Source: an uncultured Spirochaetales bacterium (GTDB taxonomy: Bacteria > Myxococcota_A > UBA9160 > SMWR01). From it: DNA of 64,000 bases. How positions within the stretch are numbered: the stretch's first letter is position 1; each line of letters starts with the position of its first letter. The stretch covers positions 1,752 through 65,751 of the forward strand of contig CAZYOL010000001.1 in assembly GCA_964649065.1 (NCBI GenBank). Reading direction: 5' to 3'. The translations under genes and the position numbers were made by a program. This document shows, piece by piece, positions 60,004-64,000 of this stretch. The notes below the pieces were generated by a model. It did not search any database, was not told the origin of the DNA, and worked only from the letters and a program-made list of their open reading frames with translations.

Positions 60004-60708
60004 ATGGGAGAGCTGGGACGCGCCTTCTCGGTCGCGCTGCGCCTGCTGCTCGGCGGAGACGCCGAGCTCTGGGAGATCGTCGCCCTCTCGCTGCGGGTGA
60101 GTCTGCTGGCCCTGCTGCCCGCCGCGCTCCTCGGCCTGCCGCTGGGCGCGCTGCTGGGCCTGGTCCCCTTCCCGGGGAGACGCGCGCTCGTGATCCTGGT
60201 GAACGCGCTGATGGGGCTGCCGCCGGTGGTCGTCGGCCTCGTGGTCTACGTGCTGCTGTCGCGCCAGGGCCCGCTCGGCGGGCTGGGCTGGCTCTTTACG
60301 CCCAAGGCCATGGTCGTCGCTCAGGCGGCTCTGGTCACGCCGATCGTCGCGGCCCTGACCCGGCAGGTGATCGAGGATCTGTGGGAGGAGTACGAGGAGC
60401 AGCTGCGCTCGCTGGGCGCCGGTCCCTGGCGGGCCATCCCGACCCTCCTCTGGGAGGGGCGCTACCGCCTGGTGACGACGCTGCCGGCGCCCTCCGGCCG
60501 CGCCATCGCCGAGGTGGGCGCCGTCATCATCGTCGGCGGCAACATCGCCCACCACACCCGGGTCATGACCACGGCCATCGCCCTGGAGACCAGCCGCGGC
60601 GACCTGGCCCTGGCCCTGGCCCTGGGCCTGGTGCTGCTGCCCCTGGCCCTGCTCGTGAACGCCGCCGCCACCCTCTCCGGGGGCCTGGCGCGGAGCTTCG
60701 AGGCGTGA
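60004..60708 (+). CDS. tupB: tungstate-type ABC transporter permease
   Basis: ATG at 60004. 5 to 6 TM helices with the EAA-like loop EQLRSLGAGPWRAI. It sits in an operon with the TupC- and TupA-like genes. Confidence 0.75.
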   Translation: MGELGRAFSVALRLLLGGDAELWEIVALSLRVSLLALLPAALLGLPLGALLGLVPFPGRRALVILVNALMGLPPVVVGLVVYVLLSRQGPLGGLGWLFTPKAMVVAQAALVTPIVAALTRQVIEDLWEEYEEQLRSLGAGPWRAIPTLLWEGRYRLVTTLPAPSGRAIAEVGAVIIVGGNIAHHTRVMTTAIALETSRGDLALALALGLVLLPLALLVNAAATLSGGLARSFEA

Positions 60709-61427
60709 GCCCGGCGAGCCTGCCCCTGGTCTTCGAGGACGTGGGCTTCGCGGTGCGCGGCCGTCCGCTGCTCCGCGGCATCTCCCTGCAGCTCTCGGCG
60801 GGCACGCGCAGCGTGATCCTCGGCCCGAACGGCGCCGGCAAGAGCCTGCTGCTGCGCCTGGCCCACGGCCTCCTCCGGCCGACCTCGGGGCGCATCTGCT
60901 GGGCGGGTGCGGACTGGTCGCCGGCGGTGCTGCACAGCCAGGCGATGGTCTTCCAGCAGAGCGTGCTGCTGCGGCGCAGCGTGCGGGCCAACGTCGAGTA
61001 CGCCCTCGCCGTGCGCGGGCTGCCCCGGGCCGGCCGGCGCCAGCGCAGCCAACGGGCCCTGGAGCAGGCGGGCCTGTCGCCCCTCGCCGGGCGCATGGCG
61101 CGCACCCTGTCGGGTGGCGAGCAGCAGCGCCTGGCCCTGGCGCGGGCCTGGGCCCTGGAGCCCGAGCTGCTGCTCCTCGACGAGCCCACGGCCTCCCTCG
61201 ATCCGGCCGCCAGCCGCGCGGTCGAGCAGCTCGTCGACCTGATCCACGAATGGGGGAGCAAGATCCTGATGACGACCCACGACCTGGCCCAGGCCCGGCG
61301 CCTCGCCGACGAGGTGATCTTCCTGCACGGGGGCCGGCTGCTCGAGCGCGCACCCGCCGCCGAGTTCTTCGCGGGCCCCAAGAGCGACGAGGCCTCGGCC
61401 TTCCTGCGCGGCGAGCTCTCGTGGTGA
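60705..61427 (+). CDS. tupC: ABC transporter ATP-binding protein (TupC-like)
   Basis: GTG at 60705 (GTGA overlap). Walker A GPNGAGKSL, signature LSGGEQQRLALARA, Walker [14 protein letters not shown]. Confidence 0.85.
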   Translation: MSPASLPLVFEDVGFAVRGRPLLRGISLQLSAGTRSVILGPNGAGKSLLLRLAHGLLRPTSGRICWAGADWSPAVLHSQAMVFQQSVLLRRSVRANVEYALAVRGLPRAGRRQRSQRALEQAGLSPLAGRMARTLSGGEQQRLALARAWALEPELLLLDEPTASLDPAASRAVEQLVDLIHEWGSKILMTTHDLAQARRLADEVIFLHGGRLLERAPAAEFFAGPKSDEASAFLRGELSW

Positions 61428-62404
61428 GGCCGCTCCCGGTCGCGCTGGGGCTGGCGCTCGCGCTCGGCCTCTCGGGGCCGCTGCACGCCGAGGAGGCGCC
61501 CTTCCTGGTGCTGGCCTCCACCACCTCCACCCAGGCCTCCGGGCTCTACGACGCGCTGCTGCCGGCCTTCCGCCGCGAGACGGGCATCGAGGTGCGGGTG
61601 GTGGCGGTCGGGACGGGGCAGGCCCTGCGGCTGGCCGAGCGCGGCGACGCCGACGCCCTGCTGGTGCACGCACCGGCCGCCGAGCGGGCCTTCGTCGAAG
61701 CCGGTCACGGCCTGGCCCGCCACGAGGTGATGTGGAACGACTTCGTGATCGTGGGGCCGGCCGAGGACCCGGCGCGCCTGCGCGGAAGCACCGACGTGGG
61801 CGCGGCGCTGCGGCGCATCGCCGAGGCCGAGGCGCCCTTCCTCTCCCGCGGCGACGACTCCGGCACCCACAAGAAGGAGCTCTCCCTGTGGCGGGAGGCC
61901 CGTCTCGATCCCGCCACCTTCGCCGGCAGCTGGTACCGCGAGGCGGGCTCCGGCATGGGCAGGACCCTCAACACCGCCAACGGGATGGGCTCCTACACGC
62001 TGACGGATCGCGGCACCTGGCTCGCCTACCGCAACAGGAGCCAGCTCCAGCTGCTCGTCGAGGGCGATCCGGCGCTGCGCAACCCCTACGGCGCCATCGT
62101 GGTGAATCCCGCGCGGCATCCCCACGTGAAGCACGAGCTGGCGCAGCGCTTCGTCGACTGGCTGCTCTCCCCGGCCGGGCAGCGGCGCATCGGGGAGTTC
62201 CGCGTCCAGGGACAGCCCCTCTTCCATCCGCTGCGCGCCGGCGCCCCGGCCGAGCGCGGGGCCGCCGCGCCGCCTCAGCCCAGGGTCAGCAGCTCGTGGG
62301 CGCCGCGCGTGCGCTCCGGGATGGCCACGCCGATCGGGCAGCTGCCGAGACAGGGCGCGCTGCAGCCCGCGCAGGCCGAGGCGTCGCGGGCCAGCTTCGC
62401 GTAG
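61424..62404 (+). CDS. tupA: tungstate/oxyanion ABC transporter periplasmic binding protein (TupA-like)
   Basis: GTG at 61424 (GTGA overlap). Signal peptide ends in LHA. LASTTSTQASGLYDALLPAF and SRGDDSGTHKKE are TupA-type anion-binding blocks. The frame has no stop before 62404, so the last approximately 130 nt overlap the convergent gene. Confidence 0.75.
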   Translation: MRPLPVALGLALALGLSGPLHAEEAPFLVLASTTSTQASGLYDALLPAFRRETGIEVRVVAVGTGQALRLAERGDADALLVHAPAAERAFVEAGHGLARHEVMWNDFVIVGPAEDPARLRGSTDVGAALRRIAEAEAPFLSRGDDSGTHKKELSLWREARLDPATFAGSWYREAGSGMGRTLNTANGMGSYTLTDRGTWLAYRNRSQLQLLVEGDPALRNPYGAIVVNPARHPHVKHELAQRFVDWLLSPAGQRRIGEFRVQGQPLFHPLRAGAPAERGAAAPPQPRVSSSWAPRVRSGMATPIGQLPRQGALQPAQAEASRASFA

Positions 62405-63840
62405 CCCTGCATCGCCTGCTTCTCCCAGCCGTAGTCCTCGAAGTACATGCGGTGCCGCAGCACGTCCCCGATCGGCACGCCCTCGGGACAGGAGTCGTGG
62501 CAGACACCGCAGTGGGGCGCGCAGTAGCTGCCCGCGATGGCCCGGTCGTAGCGGCGGAGCAGCGCCGCGTCGCGCTGGCCGAAGGGCTTGCCCGAGGCGT
62601 AGAGGTACTCGTCCACGTGCTGCAGCTCGAAGAAGGAGACCACCGCGCAGGAGACGTCCGGGTTGTCGAGGGCCCACTTGAGGGCGGCCTGGGCGTAGGA
62701 GTCCGCGTAGGACTGGAAGTCGAGCAGGCCCCGGTGCTTGGCGCCCTTGAGCGTCTTCATGGCCACGACGCCCATGTCCTGCCGCTCGCGAGCGCGCCGG
62801 ATCACCTCGCGCATCTCCGGCCACAGGCCGTGGTGGTAGGCCAGCATCATCACGTCGAAGCGGCCCGACTCGATCGCCCGGTCTGCCACCTCCACCAGCC
62901 GCGGCGTATGGCTCGAGAAGCCGAGGAAGCGCACCTTGCCCTCCTGCTTCAGCTGATCGAAGGCGGTGTGGACGTTGTCGTCCATCAGCCGCTCGACCTC
63001 GTCGCAGGAGTGGATGTGGACCAGGTCGACGTGGTCGAGGCCCAGCCTCCCCAGGCTCTCCTCGATGGCCCGCTTGTAGGTGGCGACCGGCGTGCCCGCC
63101 GGCAGGTGGCCCTGCGGCGTGCAGAACTTGGTGGCCACGAAGACCTCGTCGCGGGGCCGGCCCCGAAGCGCCCGGCCCATGGCCTGCTCGCTGCCCGAGC
63201 CGGAGTAGTCGGGCGAGGTGTCGAAGTAGTTGACGCCGCGCTCCAGGGCCAGGCGCCCGATCCGCTCCCCCTGCTCGCCCTCGATCCGGCCCGTCCCCAG
63301 CACGATGTCCGAGACCGGCCACTCGGTGCGTCCCAGCCTGCGGCGGGCCGCGATGCGGCTGCCCTTCCAGGGCTCGAGCAGCTCCGGGTGGGTCTTCCGA
63401 GGCTCCAGCGAGCGGTCGAAGATCTGCCCGCCGACCGAGGACCATCCCTGGTCCGGGTTGCCGACTCCGAAGAAGGTGCGCGCGAGGCCGGCACCGGCAC
63501 CCAGGACGAGCGCCGCCAGGCCGCTGGTGGCACCGGCCGCCGTGCCGGTGAGGAAGCTGCGCCGCGCGGCGTCGACGGCGGCGCGGCGCGACGCGCGCAC
63601 CCAGAAGAAGGCGACCCCGGCGGAGGCCAGCACCAGGCACAGGCCCAGCGCGATGCCCGCGGCCGTCATGCCGATGTTCGGCACGAAGAGCCGTCCCAGC
63701 GGCTCCATGAGGCCGCCCAGCGGGAAGGCGCCGGGATCCAGACCGATCGCGGCCCAGCGCGAGTAGTGTCCGAAGCCGAAGAAGCCGACGGCCAGGGCCA
63801 GGAGCAGGGAGCCGAGCACGGCGATCGGAGTGCGGTTCAT
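62275..63840 (-). CDS. aldo/keto reductase with C-terminal double Cys-cluster (2x[4Fe-4S]-like), internal twin-arginine motif and N-terminal 2-TM extension
   Basis: ATG at 63840 after GGAGG plus an 8-nt spacer. TM helices in residues 1..80. RRSFLTGTAAGATSGLAALVLGAG at residues 93 onward. AKR blocks GVNYFDTSPDYSGSGSEQAMG, FVATKF, LDHVDLVHIHS. C-terminal CAPHCGVCHDSCP and CAGCSAPCLGSCP (62338..62523). Confidence 0.85.
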   Translation of the reverse strand: MNRTPIAVLGSLLLALAVGFFGFGHYSRWAAIGLDPGAFPLGGLMEPLGRLFVPNIGMTAAGIALGLCLVLASAGVAFFWVRASRRAAVDAARRSFLTGTAAGATSGLAALVLGAGAGLARTFFGVGNPDQGWSSVGGQIFDRSLEPRKTHPELLEPWKGSRIAARRRLGRTEWPVSDIVLGTGRIEGEQGERIGRLALERGVNYFDTSPDYSGSGSEQAMGRALRGRPRDEVFVATKFCTPQGHLPAGTPVATYKRAIEESLGRLGLDHVDLVHIHSCDEVERLMDDNVHTAFDQLKQEGKVRFLGFSSHTPRLVEVADRAIESGRFDVMMLAYHHGLWPEMREVIRRARERQDMGVVAMKTLKGAKHRGLLDFQSYADSYAQAALKWALDNPDVSCAVVSFFELQHVDEYLYASGKPFGQRDAALLRRYDRAIAGSYCAPHCGVCHDSCPEGVPIGDVLRHRMYFEDYGWEKQAMQGYAKLARDASACAGCSAPCLGSCPIGVAIPERTRGAHELLTLG

Positions 63841-63944
63841 GGGGGCGACCTCCGCGCCATACCGTAGGGCCTCCCTCTGCGGGGCCAAGCGCCGGCGGAG
63901 CTGGGCTCGTGCAGTCGGGGCCGAGCTGGGCTGTATTCCCGCCC

Positions 63945-64000
63945 GTGGGCCCCGGCGTCATCGTGGTGACCGGAGCGGCGCGCGGCATCGGGCGGGCCTG
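63945..64000 (+). CDS. SDR family oxidoreductase, 5' fragment cut by window edge
   Basis: GTG at 63945 gives VGPGVIVVTGAARGIGRA, the classical SDR TGxxxGIG dinucleotide motif. Only 18 codons are visible. Confidence 0.45.
   Translation, partial: MGPGVIVVTGAARGIGRA

Noticed and set aside
1-64000. Search for CRISPR arrays, IS elements, integrases, phage genes, toxin-antitoxin pairs or known defence-system hallmarks
   Set aside because: I saw no regularly spaced direct repeats, no transposase, integrase or recombinase motifs, and no nuclease, ATPase or helicase combinations typical of defence islands. The window reads as ordinary chromosome with metabolic and envelope accessory clusters.

Overview
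High-GC (well above 70% by eye) chromosomal segment from a Gram-negative bacterium. Supporting signs are many lipobox lipoproteins, MCE/Mla-type systems and PEP-CTERM sorting signals. The style is reminiscent of Myxococcota-like lineages, but that cannot be proven from this window. I can support about 59 tightly packed protein-coding genes. I saw no rRNA, tRNA, CRISPR array, transposase or integrase. Many real genes start with GTG or TTG in 4-nt GTGA/TTGA start-stop overlaps. Most very long ORFs in the track are Arg/Ala/Gly/Pro-rich antisense or off-frame shadows of real genes. Housekeeping content: rpmB, rpsN-rpmE, valS, pdxH, tesB, gatA. Accessory content, in order: (i) six large polytopic membrane proteins, two of them clear TMTC/PMT-like GT-C + TPR proteins; (ii) a four-gene hydrolase operon (M48 peptidase, SDR, MBL-fold alkylsulfatase, metzincin); (iii) an OYE flavoenzyme, DapA-like and lyase-like operon; (iv) a divergent redox/enolase-superfamily cluster; (v) two PEP-CTERM-type secreted proteins flanking a membrane-TPR protein; (vi) a myo-inositol oxygenase; (vii) an MCE (STAS-MlaE, MlaF, MlaD, PqiC) transporter; (viii) ion transporters; (ix) a tungstate-type ABC transporter; (x) an Fe-S aldo/keto reductase. 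The most interesting region is 46.6-54.6 kb. It holds a membrane-anchored ERG6/SMT-type sterol C-methyltransferase homologue directly downstream of an ABC-2 exporter operon that contains an MlaC-like lipid carrier. These are transcribed divergently from a TetR, luciferase-like monooxygenase, P450 and SGNH-hydrolase operon. I propose this as a candidate sterol or polycyclic-lipid tailoring and trafficking locus. All functional calls rest on motif recognition by eye; no database search was possible.
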